Positions 39,498 through 51,589 of a DNA stretch of 64,000 bases are shown piece after piece. Source of the DNA: Octopus vulgaris (Eukaryota); contig OX597818.1 of NCBI GenBank assembly GCA_951406725.2, positions 138,818,001 to 138,882,000 on the forward strand. Direction: 5' to 3'. The notes beneath the pieces are model-generated. The model was not told the DNA's origin. It made no database searches and saw only the letters and a list, made by a program, of their open reading frames with translations. Numbering within the stretch: position 1 is the stretch's first letter; each line of letters opens with the position of its first letter. The translations under genes were made by a program, and so were the position numbers.

Positions 39498-40289
39498 ATG
39501 AATATATATTTCCCCACTACCTCCTCTGTTCCGTGAACTCTTTTGCTTCCATTATAATTGAGGTCACATTCTACTGAATTTTTCCATTTATATTCAGAGG
39601 TCACAGAGCCTTTACCCTTCAGTCATAGAATTAATGAAACACACACTATCAATTCTTCTCTGTCTATATAATCTTTTAAAACATATAAGCTTTTTCTTTT
39701 TATATATTTACATCTGTTTTTATAACTTCATTTTCAATTGGATTTCAGAAGTATTTTCATATTTTCCTTATATTTTCTTATATTTTTTTCCTCTAAACAT
39801 GTCAGTCATTTCAAAACAATTTTGCTAGTTTTTAAGTGACTATTGCTCTAATACATGTTTTTTTTTTCTTTTTATATTTGTCTGCCTATTGATTTAACTG
39901 TCTTGCTCCTAGTTTTACAATTCATTCATTTTTTTTTTTTTTTGATCTTTACCGTTTACATAATAAAGCAATCAATCATTATTTCAATAAATCTAACAAA
40001 ATAGTTGTTAGTTGGTGCTGGTGCTGGCATTGTTGATGATAATATTGTTAGTGTTGAATGTTTCTGCGAGTAAAAACGACAACATTAATATCAACAACAA
40101 ACATTTTAAAGCTTTAGGACAGAGATAGATTATAAGAAAGTGAAAGAAAGAGATAGCAGAAGGGGTGATGGAGTTGGACTAAGTATAACGTTTAAAAAAA
40201 AAAATGTTATAGATTTGAGATCTGTTATTTGGTGAGTTGAATGGAATATGGGCAGTTGGTTGGTTCAGGAAACACTTGTTACTTATCAG

Positions 40290-40470
40290 ATCACCAAAGT
40301 TAATCAACCTCAAGCTAGATCTTGACTGCGATGGCTTTTCCTTTGGAGATCCAATATTCAGTGCTAACCAGGTGCAGACAGGAAAAGAAAACATTAACAT
40401 CAGTGAAAGACATACAGGGCAATATCCTTCTCTTTACAACCAACCGGAAGATAATCTGTTTGTGAAAGAA
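40290..40470 (+). CDS. Candidate internal coding exon, unknown protein
   Basis: TTACTTATCAG|A acceptor, open frame SPKLINLKLDLDCDGFSFGDPIFSANQVQTGKENINISERHTGQYPSLYNQPEDNLFVKE, GAA|GTAATG donor; unique sequence, but both splice sites are only moderate. Confidence 0.35.
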
Positions 40471-40488
40471 GTAATGCATACTGTATTG

Positions 40489-40782
<294 letters not shown>

Positions 40783-40911
40783 TAATTAATTAAAGGGGCA
40801 TTGTGGTAGAATGTCTAAAATGTTTGATCATTGACTCAGATGTTGTGTATTCAAAATACTAACATATGTAAATGTTTAGACATTAGAAAAGTGCATGTGT
40901 ATGTATGTGTC

Positions 40912-40948
<37 letters not shown>

Positions 40949-41895
40949 GTACATACATACATACATAATGTATGTATATGTTTGTATTTATAGAGAGTGA
41001 GATAGGTAAAATTGTAGCCAAATAGATAATCAAATAGGTAATTTTTCAACTGATACTCTTTTAACCATTTCTAGCTGCCAAGATTAAATATACCCATAGT
41101 AGGAAGAAAATGTAGGTCAAACAGCAAAAGCAAATAAATAGATAAATGAGGGGGAAAAAAAAAAAAGCCAATATCATGATTACTATTCTCCGAACATACA
41201 TTTCCCCCCTCAGTCAAACTCTTTCTATAGACTCTCACTCTCTTAACAGAGTCTAGTTTATAATTCTTCACATTTACACATGCAAGCTTCGCTTTCAAAA
41301 CCACTCACAAAATCTGGCCTGCTTCCCAACTAATGAAATTCATTCCGTTCCACTTCCTGGATCTTTGACACACCATGTGATTGGCCCAATTTCTTCAAAT
41401 CTGGAGGGATAGTTCAAGGTCCTGACAAACTAAACAGTTTTTTTTTTTTCCTTCCTATTTCCATTTTAGAAGCAACAGTTTTAAATCTTCCCCTTTCTCC
41501 TTTTTACTTCCTTTTCTCTGTGTGCGTGTTTATTTTTCTTAAATAGAATTCAATTCTCTAAGAAAACATGGATGTGATAAAATGGTTCCAAAAATGGGTT
41601 GGGAATGGTGTGATGGGGAACTACTGAAAACTGGTTAATTGTTGAGCATTTGAATGGTTACATCTATTTTAAGTTCTAACTTTATTTGTTGTCAATGTTT
41701 TCTCTTTGTGTCGTTGATAAAATATTATCAGCAAACTGAACTCTAAACGTGACTACAATTAAATTAACAACTGATTTCAAATATATCAATTAATCAGTAA
41801 TATACTGGGACTACTAATCAAAAATTACACTTTTTATGATGTTAAATTTGTAGTTTTCAAAATCACCAATATTCATTTAACACTAAGTTAACTTC

Positions 41896-42342
41896 AGGGG
41901 GATCAGCCATCTGAATGTGGCTAGGGACAGGGCAGGGTGGTGGGGGTGTTACTGATGCATTTAGCCCCAGGTGATCATCGACGTCACCAGAAGGACCGAC
42001 ACCATCTCGGTGTCCTTGCTAGCTTGTAAAGGGAGATCATCCTCTCCGAAGATACGGATACTACATACGGACCGGTTTCGAGGTAATTGCCTCTTATCAA
42101 CGTATGGTAAGCACCGTTCCTCGATGAAGGATTCACTCTACAGGCTACATATATAAGGATTTTCACTGTAACCACCGTCACTGATGTAGAAAAACCGTCC
42201 GAAAACAATAATAAATCTCTGAACGAGATATAAACAGTAACTGCTCTATAACGTAAGGGGGATCAGCCATCTGAATGTGGCTAGGGACAGGGTGGGGTGG
42301 TGGTGGTGTTACTGATGCATTTAGCCCCAGGCGATCATCGAC
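41896..42342 (-). mobile_element. Retrozyme-like / non-autonomous Penelope-like element, 360-bp unit with 87-bp terminal direct repeats
   Basis: 41896-41982 is nearly identical to 42256-42342; the interior is non-coding, CpG-retaining and contains a hammerhead. Confidence 0.75.
42064..42106 (-). ncRNA. Minimal type I hammerhead ribozyme, U3-A8 variant core
   Basis: The minus strand reads CATACG-TTGATAA-GAGG caatta CCTC-GAAA-CCGG-TC-CGTATG: perfect 6-bp stem I, 4-bp stem II, palindromic stem III ACCGGT, GUC site. Confidence 0.85.
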
Positions 42343-42634
42343 AGCAATTAACCTGACCATATCCAGCCCAGATATTCTTCCTGTTTTATGTTCAAACTGA
42401 CCATGTTCTGCCTCTCACATTTACCCTTCAATATCATTCTAAAAAATAAACCTTCACATCATCAAAACCTCAAAGTCATGAGATAATGTATGATTAATTC
42501 AAAACAATTTGAATAAATAAACATTACATTTGACAATGTCATCTGAATGCTGAAGGGTGAAACTAGTTGAAAAAGTTAACGTATTTTATTCTTTTACTTT
42601 GACTGCAGTCATACTGGAGCACTGTTTTATGTTG

Positions 42635-43030
42635 TTGCTTACCAACCACATGGTTCCGTGTTCAGTCCCACTGCATGGCACCTTGGGCAAGTGTCTTCTA
42701 CTATAGCCTTGGGCCGACAAAAGCCTTGAGTGGATATGGTAGACAGAAACTGAAAGAATCCCATCGTATATATGTGTATATATATACATAACTGTGTGTA
42801 TGTTTGTATGTCTGTGTTTGTCCCCCCAACATCGCTTGACAACCAATGCTGGTGTGGTTACACCCCGTAACTTAGCGGTTCGGCAAAAGAGACTGATAGA
42901 ATAAGTACTAGGCTTACAAAGAATAAGTCCTGGGGTCGGGTTGCTCGACTAAAGGCGGTGCTCCAGCATGGCCGCAGTCAAATGACTGAAACGACTGATA
43001 AGTCAAATGACTGAAAAGAGTAAAAGAGAA
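42635..43030 (+). mobile_element. Family A SINE, 5'-clipped, preceded by an inverted tail fragment (42586-42625)
   Basis: Sequence match to family A. Confidence 0.88.
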
Positions 43031-43739
43031 TAGTGTTAAAATATTTTCTTTAGTGGTGGGAAAGCCCCATTAGCTCAGTAACTAATATTATTTTAATCAT
43101 TTTGGCAAGTACTAACATTAACTTAACTATTATTGTTTTTCATGTGTAATTAAACTTGGTGATATACTTCTTTATTTTGGCTTATCTTATGAAAGCAGAC
43201 AGTATTAAGATGTATTTGGAAATCTCTACACAAAGAAAGAGAAAGAAAAACAAATTATCGCACTTAAATTTAGCTCTAATAAGCTTCTTTTCCATTTGAT
43301 TTGGCTTCTATTTTTGAAAACAAGATGTTTTAGTGTTTAAATGCTTCACTACCTTACTTTAAACCAAAGTTTATTTAATCTGCAACTTGTATTCCCTAAG
43401 TTAAGCTCCTTATGCATTTAGTTACCAAAACACTTTGTCACTTACTGAGAGCAGTAAAACAAAAAAAAATTATAACACCCATTTTTATATTTAAAATTTA
43501 ATGACTCTGCAAATGTATACAGCAACATGGATCATATTTCAACAAAATTTCTTCTTTTAACCTACTCGACTATGAAATATGCCAACTGTATCTTTTCTGT
43601 TCTGTTCTGTTAGATGCAATAAAGTCACATATACATGCTATATTAGCAACAGAATTTGATATGATGACCAACAGCATTTATTAATGCACCATATCTTAAT
43701 ACTATTTGTTTTTTTCTCAATGCTTCTAATAGGGCAAAG

Positions 43740-43950
43740 AATGGTGAATTGTCAGAAGTGTTAAAGTATCAGATAAAATGCTTAACTGTATTTAGTTACA
43801 GTTCTTTGCTCTGAAATCCCACCAAAGTTGACTTTGCCTTTCATCCTTTTGGGTTGATGAAACAAAGTTCCTGTCAAATACTGGAGTTGATGTAATTGAT
43901 TCTGTCTCCTCTCCTCAAAATTGCTAACATTGTGCCTGAGTCATAAATTG
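43740..43950 (+). mobile_element. Family E SINE, old
   Basis: GACTTTGCCTTTCATCCTTTTGGGTTGAT. Confidence 0.7.
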
Positions 43951-44038
43951 TTATTTCCTATGTGACATTCCATTATAAATGAGGAAAACATTTAGCTTGG
44001 TAGCATGTATCATACTTTATACACATACATACATACGG

Positions 44039-44480
44039 GTAAGTGTAAGGGCAAGCAAGTTAAGCAATTCAGTATACGAAAAATATTAAATACATTTAAT
44101 ACAAAAAATGTGCACATGTATGCATATGATAAAAGTCCAACTTACACTGGATATAAATGATATCAAGAATTACAAAGGTTGAATAAGAGTTTTATGAGTT
44201 CAACAGCTGTTTCTAGGGTCTTGGTGGCCCAAAATAATGATCGTAACTCGAATCCATCATCAGATAACACCAGCCTCCATCTTCAGGGAAGAATTTTACA
44301 TTTGAGGTGTTGACAGAATTGAGTTTTTAGATGGAATCCCTTCTTTAAATCCTGATATCATTTATATTCTGTGTAAGTCTGACTTTTTTTATATGCATAC
44401 ATATGTACATTTTTTGTATTAAATTTTTTTAAATATTCTTTGTTTATTGACTTGCCTAACTTGCTTGTCCTTACATTTAC
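44039..44480. mobile_element. Diverged fold-back element (~135-bp inverted arms) enclosing a hammerhead-like core
   Basis: GTAAGTGTAAGGGCAAGCAAGTTA...ATATAAATGATATCA versus TGATATCATTTATAT...TAACTTGCTTGTCCTTACATTTAC. Confidence 0.8.
44196..44271 (-). ncRNA. Decayed hammerhead ribozyme
   Basis: Minus strand has CTGATGA (44263-44257) and GAAA-CAGCTG-TT with palindromic ACAGCTGT; stems I and II are poorly paired. Confidence 0.5.
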
Positions 44481-44593
44481 TCCACTACCTGCTCAAGTTT
44501 AAATCCCTTGAGCACTATGAAGTGTATTCTATACAGAGAATACTTGTCTCTAATCCATCCATCCATCCATCCATCTATATATATATATATATA

Positions 44594-44900
44594 TAAAAAG
44601 ACCATCCAATCGTGGCCGTTGCCAGCCTCGCCTGGCCCCTGTGCCAGTGGCATGTAAAAAGCACCATCCGTCCGTGGCCATTTGCCAGCTCCGTCTGGCA
44701 CCTTTGCGGGTGGCACATAAAAAGCACCTACTACACTCACGGAGTGATTGGTGTTAGGAAGGGCATCCAGCCGTAGAAACACTGCCAGATCAGACTGGGT
44801 CTGATGCAGCCTTCTGGCTTCACAGACCCCAGTTGAACCGACTAACCCATGCTAGCATGGAAAGTGGACGCTAAACGATGATGATGATGATGATGATGAT
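44594..44900 (+). mobile_element. Family C retroposon, followed tail-to-tail by an older inverted fragment (44910-45020)
   Basis: Near-identical to 20750-21057. Confidence 0.9.
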
Positions 44901-45176
44901 ATATCTATCATTCATCATTTAACATCTGTCTTCCATGCTGGCATGGGCTGGACTGTTTGACCAAACCTAGCAAGTAGGAGAGCTGCACCAGATTCCAGTT
45001 TGATTTGACTTGGTTTCTATGACAAGATTAGTCCATTCGATGAGCCAGTGATACTTTAAGTCCTATGGAACTGAATCAAACTGATGTGAAATAATATATG
45101 TAACTCCTCTTAAATGTGTTGAGTGCCAGTATCTTTCATATGTTCACTCACTCATTTGTGTGTGCGTGTGCACATG

Positions 45177-45213
<37 letters not shown>

Positions 45214-45224
45214 AGGTGTGTATA

Positions 45225-45272
<48 letters not shown>

Positions 45273-45279
<7 letters not shown>

Positions 45280-45460
45280 TGAGGGTGTCTAAAGCAGAAC
45301 CAGAAATCCTTGGATCTTGAATTATTCAATAATTTTTGCTTGTATGTTTTGTCCCTCTGCTTTACCTCATGGTGCGACTTGAACATTTAACGTGGTACTA
45401 TAGTCAGTGTTTCGACTGCTATTTCGGCATGTTGGTGTCTTTTAGACACCCTCATTTTTA
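45273..45460. repeat. Element bounded by perfect 21-bp inverted repeats
   Basis: TTAAAAATGAGGGTGTCTAAA ... TTTAGACACCCTCATTTTTAA. Confidence 0.85.
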
Positions 45461-45556
45461 ATTGTTAAAAATTTTTTTACCTTTGTAAGGTATTTCTTTC
45501 ATGCTGGCCACTTGATAATTTCGACACTTAAATATCGATATTATCCTCATATATAA

Positions 45557-45595
<39 letters not shown>

Positions 45596-45627
45596 CATAT
45601 ACATGCACATACATACATAATTACATA

Positions 45628-45848
45628 TGAGGGGCTGTTGAAAAGTTCCTGGCTCTAAGAGTAATGCGAAAGTCCTGGTTCGAGGCCCAACCTCCTGAGT
45701 CCTTTTACAGGGCTTAGAAAAAAACTGAAGGACCACTGCAATAAGTGTATGTGAATCTTTAAAGGGAATATGTTGAATAAAATCATAATTAACTGATCCT
45801 CCTGTATTTTCTTTTACCCAAAGCCAGGAACCTTTCAGCAACCCCTCA
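45628..45848 (+). mobile_element. Mariner-derived MITE retaining the transposase C-terminal remnant
   Basis: TA|TGAGGGGCTGTTGAAAAGTTCCTGGCT ... AGCCAGGAACCTTTCAGCAACCCCTCA; the interior gives frameshifted GLEK.LKDHCNKC...KGEYVE*, resembling the mariner C-terminal KL..RW.KC...G.Y.E motif. Confidence 0.85.
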
Positions 45849-46662
45849 TCCTTACACTCTCACACACATCCACACACACATCCACACACACACACACACA
45901 CACGTGTATATCTGAATTCTTGTATGTATTAAATTCTTTGAAAAACAACTTGCAACCATATATTTGATTTATGGTTGGACTTTCCCATGCTTCACTTGAA
46001 CAATATTGATAATATTTCTCAGAGAAGCAGAAAGGCATGCTTTTCACAACCCCTAGACTCTTCCTCCTCGTCTAAATCCTGACAGCTTCCCCTTCATGCC
46101 GGCTAATGAAAACAAGTCTGGGGATGGGCGGGTGGGAACTATTTCACTGTATCCGTATCCTTTCACCAAAGACACTATGATATCATAGCAAGTTGCACCC
46201 GGAACTGAGCTTGTGAATTATAAATGTTGTGAAGAGACACGGTCAGACAGCCTGACAGACAGACAGACAGACTTACATGCAAATTATACAAACACATACA
46301 TGCATAGATGTCACGCAGTATAATGAAGAGAACTGCAAATGTGTATTGCTGTAAATGAAGCATGACCAAATTGGGCTCTGTGTGTGCAGCGTCATGAACT
46401 GTTCAAAACTATACATAAAATTGGTGTGTAGGTGTGCATATATGCACGTGTGAATGCCTGTGTATGTTGTCAAATACACACGCACATTTCTATTGCTCAT
46501 TATGTCCGTGTGTCTGAAACAGTGGTGTATTGTAATAGGCAGACGTATATAATGTAAAAAATGCGTGTCTGTGTTCAGAAGCCTTTACTTGCTCTACATG
46601 AGTATATATATGTTTGTTGGTTTTGAGTGTTGTGTATTTATGTATAACCAGGCGTAATTGAA

Positions 46663-46700
<38 letters not shown>

Positions 46701-46873
46701 ACATGTATAAATATGTGTGCGCATAAATACATGCATGAATATGTATATAGATATTACTCTTGTGCATGTACAAACATGTACACGCACACACACACACCTT
46801 GTCATGCAAAGGTTATTGTAATATGCCCATGACATATAAGCATATCATGTGTGTGTGTACATATATCTGTGTG

Positions 46874-46908
<35 letters not shown>

Positions 46909-47297
46909 ATGAAGCATACATCAGAACATGATACAAACACATGTACCAACATAGACACCACATGAAGAGTAGCAGCCCAGTAGGCACACTACACTGATGG
47001 ATGATGGCCAGCTAGATAGATGGATACAATGAAAATCAGATTTGCAGAGGGAGAAGCAAATCAATACAATATGAGGGGAGAGAGAGAGAGAGAGGAGGAG
47101 GAGGAGAGCAAAATAAAATGTTTAAACTGGATTGACAAGTTTTCTTAAGTTACAAACAGAATTATGTGAAACAACCACTGAGAATGGAATGGGCCAGTAA
47201 ATTTGGACTGAAATATCATTGACTGTTTCATAGTGGAATGACTCATTGCTTCCTGGTTCATGTTTTCTTAAATTACAAAAAAAAAAAAGAAAAAGAT

Positions 47298-48020
47298 ATG
47301 GTTGTGTGATATAAGAAGCCTGCTTCCCAGCCACATGGTTCCGGGTTCAGTTCCATTGCATGGCACCTTAGGCAAATGTCTTCTACTGTAGCCTCAGGCC
47401 AACTATAAAGCCTTATGAGTGAATTTGGTTAGAGGAAACTGAAAGAAGACTGGTTGTGTGTGTGTTTGTGCGTGTCTTTGCGTCTGTGTTTGTCCTCTTC
47501 TATCACCTGACAATCAGTGTTGGTGTGGTTTTTTCTCCCTGTAACTTAGCAGTTCAGCAAAAGAGAATGACAGGATAAGTATCAAGCTTTAAAAAAAAAA
47601 AAAAAAAAATCCTTTCTACTAAAGGCACAAGGCCTGAAATTTGGGGAAGGGGACTAGTTGATTACATCAACCCCAGTGTTTAACTGGTACTTATTTTATT
47701 GATCTAGAAAGGATGAAAGGCAAAGTCGACCTCGGTGGAATTTGAACTCAGAACATTAAACTCAGATGAAATACTGCTAAGCATTTTGTCCAGCGTGCTT
47801 AATGATTATTTTAGCTTGCCACATTTAATAATGATAATAATAATAATAATGATAATGATAATGGTAATAATGATGATGATGATGATGATGGTGATGGTGA
47901 TGATAATGATGATGATGATGATGATGATGATAATAATAATAAGTACTGTTGTTGATACATTCAACTAAAATTCAAGGCGGTGCCCCAGCATGACCACAGT
48001 CTAATGACTGAAACAAATAG
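47298..48020 (+). mobile_element. Family A SINE interrupted by a family E SINE (47609-47822, -) and an (ATG/ATA)n tract
   Basis: Family A body runs to ~47590; the tail AAGGCGGTGCCCCAGCATGACCACAGTC resumes at ~47970. Confidence 0.8.
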
Positions 48021-48098
48021 GAGTTTCATGGGAAGCAATGTCCTTACTCATCAGTCAGCACTTGCTGAATCATACTGTAATACCTAATTATATAAGAG

Positions 48099-48144
<46 letters not shown>

Positions 48145-48167
48145 CATGTATATATGTATGTATATAT

Positions 48168-48276
48168 AGGAAAATGCGTTGCTGAAAATGCACATAAATT
48201 TCAAAAACTCGTGAATGTTTAAAATACATTCACGAGTTTTTGAAATTTAAGTGCATTTTCAGTAACACATATTCCT
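48168..48276. repeat. ~51-bp-arm hairpin with 7-nt loop
   Basis: CTGAAAATGCACATAAATTTCAAAAACTCGTGAATGT-ttaaaat-ACATTCACGAGTTTTTGAAATTTAAGTGCATTTTCAG. Confidence 0.95.
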
Positions 48277-48337
48277 TTATATTTTTTTTCCTGCGTGGAA
48301 ACACCACTCCCTCTTTTGCTATATATATATATATATA

Positions 48338-48384
<47 letters not shown>

Positions 48385-49032
48385 CACACCTCTTTGCGTT
48401 TACCATAGACCACTGGGTCATGATTTCATTGTTTTGGGGCATACATAGCTAGGGTTGTTTTCGGTCCCATATGAGCTCTGACTAAGACCTATGATCAAAG
48501 TTATTCCAGCCATGACCACTCCATTGTATCAAAAGTATGTCTGTGTCTACATTACCAAATGTGTCCTTTCTTTTCTCAAAAGAGTAGGGTATGATAGGAG
48601 GGAGTTTAGCTGTTGTTTCTAGCAAACATGTAGCAGCCTCTCTCATATAGTCAGGTAAGGTTCAGCTTCTATGTAGTGTATCTTGAGTCATTCTCGTTTA
48701 GCCCCATGTCAACTCTAATTGAGCAGGCCTATGATCAAAGACATTCTGGCCATGACCATCCTGTTTATTTTTCTTCACAAATGTGTAGCCTCTTTTACAC
48801 TATTCCAGTGTGTCCTTTTGTTAAGTTGGTAGGTGTGGTTTGACGGAGATTTGAGACTCTACTTTTAACTATTTTGAGTAACCACTTTGAGGCTTCCTAG
48901 TTAGCTTGTATATCTAAGAAAATTTAAGCTAGTGGACCTCATCTTCTATATCTTATATTTAAACATTTTTGTACCTTGCTGGAGCTCTTCCTGATTCAGT
49001 ATATAATTCTATGAGGAATTAAAGTCACTATT

Positions 49033-49190
49033 GCAAGAGTGGTAAGTAGCTTGCTAAACAACCACATGGTTCTGGGTTCAGTCCCACTGCGTGGCATCTT
49101 GGGCAAGTGTCTTCTGCTATAGCCGGGCCGACCAATGCCTTGTGAGTGGATTTGGTAGACGGAAACTGAAAGAAGCCTGTCGTATATATG

Positions 49191-49221
<31 letters not shown>

Positions 49222-49433
49222 GTTTGTGTGTCTGTGTTTGTCCCCCTAGCATTGCTTGACAACCGATGCTGGTGTGTTTACGTCCCCGTCACTTAGCGGT
49301 TCGGCAAAAGAGACTGATAGAATAATTACTGGGCTTACAAAGAATAAGTCCCGGGGTCGATTTGCTCGACTAAAGGCGGTGCTCCAGCATGGCCGCAGTC
49401 AAATGACTGAAACAAGTAAAAGAGTAAAAGAGT
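49033..49433 (+). mobile_element. Family A SINE
   Basis: Sequence match to family A. Confidence 0.93.
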
Positions 49434-50087
49434 ATATAGTGTTACCATTAGTGAATTATACAAAGTACTTGATATATTCATCATAATGAGAAATAAGAGG
49501 ATAATTTGATCTGGAACAACTTTAAAATACCTAAACAGCTCATTAATTATAGAGTTTGAATCAGTTCTTTGTTCCACTGAATATTTTATTAATTGGACAG
49601 TTGCTAACAACTATTAATATTGATATCAAAAGTTGAGCTGAAATATGTAGGAGGGGCAGAAAGTGGCTGTCCATTAAATGTATTTACTGCTCAGTAGTAT
49701 AGACAGGTGATTCCAGTAGTATAGACAGGTGAGGTAAATGGAATGTGCATAATGAAAAATGTTGTTTGTAAGAAGGCAGTGGATAGTACAGGAAATTTGG
49801 TAGTTAGATCATATCTGAGACTTTTGAAGACATAATTAGTGGTAGTAGAGATGATAAAGATAATCACAATTACGAGCTGAGATTAATTTGCATTTCTCTA
49901 ATTCAGCCTTGATAGAATGAGTAACGTAATTGCCTCCTTGATATGTCGTTAGTTGATAACTTTTTTTTTTGAGAGAAGCTGGCATTTTCTTTCTAATTTG
50001 CTTAACTGAAAGAGGCAAAATGAAATGCAATGATGAGAAAGTTTACTACAATAACACAACAATAAAAAAACAAAAATATGTATTTAT

Positions 50088-50485
50088 CGCAGGAGTGGCT
50101 GTGTGGTAAGTAGCTTGCTAACCAACCACATGGTTCTGGGTTCAGTCCCACTGCGTGGCATCTTGGGCAAGTGTCTTCTGCTATAGCCTCGGGCCGACCA
50201 ATGCCTTGTGAGTGGATTTGGTAGACGGAAACTGAAAGAAGCCTGTCGTATATATGTATATATATATATGTGTGTGTATATGTTTGTGTGTCCGTGTTTG
50301 TCCCTCTAGCATTGCTTGACAACCAATGCTGGTGTGTTTACGTCCCCGTCACTTAGCGGTTCGGCAAAAGAGACCGATAGAATAAGTACTGGGCTTACAA
50401 AGAATAAGTCCCGGGGTCGATTTGCTCGACTAAAGGTGGTGCTCCAGCATGGCCGCAGTCAAATGACTGAAACAAGTAAAAGAGT
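50088..50485 (+). mobile_element. Family A SINE
   Basis: Sequence match to family A. Confidence 0.93.
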
Positions 50486-50653
50486 GAATATATTATACTT
50501 CAACCAACAAATTATTTTTGTGATACCTTGCAGCTTCCTTGCATAAATGCATTACAGCAGTTTTTAATGTTAGAAATGTGAAATAAACATTTATTACTGT
50601 TCTCAGATATTTTTATGTTACGATAACGACACGATTAAATATATATTTTGCAG

Positions 50654-50795
50654 ATTATATCAACCATCTTCACGACGTCCCGTAGCCTTTTCACCAAGTG
50701 CTGATATGGGATTAACGGATATTGAAATGGCTCATGCATATGAATTTGAAGACCCTTATTTTGATGATGATCGGGCTTATGATATGGAATATGAG
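50654..50795 (+). CDS. Internal coding exon of an unidentified host gene (142 bp, phase 2 to phase 0)
   Basis: Acceptor TATTTTGCAG|, donor GAG|GTTAGT, and a single open frame LYQPSSRRPVAFSPSADMGLTDIEMAHAYEFEDPYFDDDRAYDMEYE with protein-like composition and higher GC than the flanks. Confidence 0.78.
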
Positions 50796-51589
50796 GTTAG
50801 TATCACCCTGGATTTTTATTAAAGTCTGTAGTAAAACTATTGGTTTGCAGAGGTGAATAATGAGTCAAAACAGCTACAGTCTACAGTTCAATGCTGCATA
50901 TACACACATACAGACTACACGCACATGTGCATGTGTGCAAGCATGCACACAGACTACACAACTACACATGCACACACACTACTGTGCTCCAAGATGCATT
51001 ATATCACATGCCTCAGAAAACTTGAAATTGTGCAACAGCAATTTAATTATCACTAATTAAAATAAGTAGTTGCCAATTGCTTTTACTTTTTCAAAATGAA
51101 TTTGCCAGATGAAGGAGAATCGCACTCATTACCTTTCTCAGGCGCCTCCAAGAGTTCAGGGAGGGGTGGGAATTATCTTTAGGACAGAGTTTGGGCCCAA
51201 TTCTTACTATAAATTGGAATTCACTAAAGGTATTCAAGGGTCAGTTGGTGGGGATTAACCATTACATGGTTTATTTGATGTAACTCTTTATGAAATTGCA
51301 TTTAGGCTCATATTACTGTATGGTGATGGTGGTGGTGGTGGTGGTGGTGGTTGTAGGTATAGCTTGATAGAATGTTTAGCACATATAACTTTTAACATTC
51401 ATCTTTGACATTACCCTCGAAGCTCTCAAATATATAAAGCAGGATTGGGTGGTGAGACGGAGTGAAACAAGTAGAATAGAAGTTACTTAAGGCTAATTAA
51501 ACCCATGATGGAAATTAATACAGCTACTTCAGGAACCCATTTCAAATACATATCTAAAAATAAGATCTTATATACTTGAGACATTTGAA

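Larger units (their letters stand above)
41888..42557. mobile_element. piggyBac-like MITE family P2 split at its left terminus by the hammerhead element
   Basis: TTAACTTC [insert] AGCAATTAACCTGACCATATCC...CTGAATGCTGAAGGG matches the P2 copies at 19460 and 32411. Confidence 0.75.

Noticed and set aside
45405-45435. Minus-strand CGAAATAGCAGTC half-hammerhead
   Set aside because: No upstream CUGANGA core.
46050-46320. GC-richer patch with GGGCGG and CCGGAA motifs, possible internal promoter
   Set aside because: Short motifs alone are insufficient without TSS or chromatin data.
49692-49731. 19-bp direct repeat CAGTAGTATAGACAGGTGA
   Set aside because: Simple slippage duplication with no other signal.
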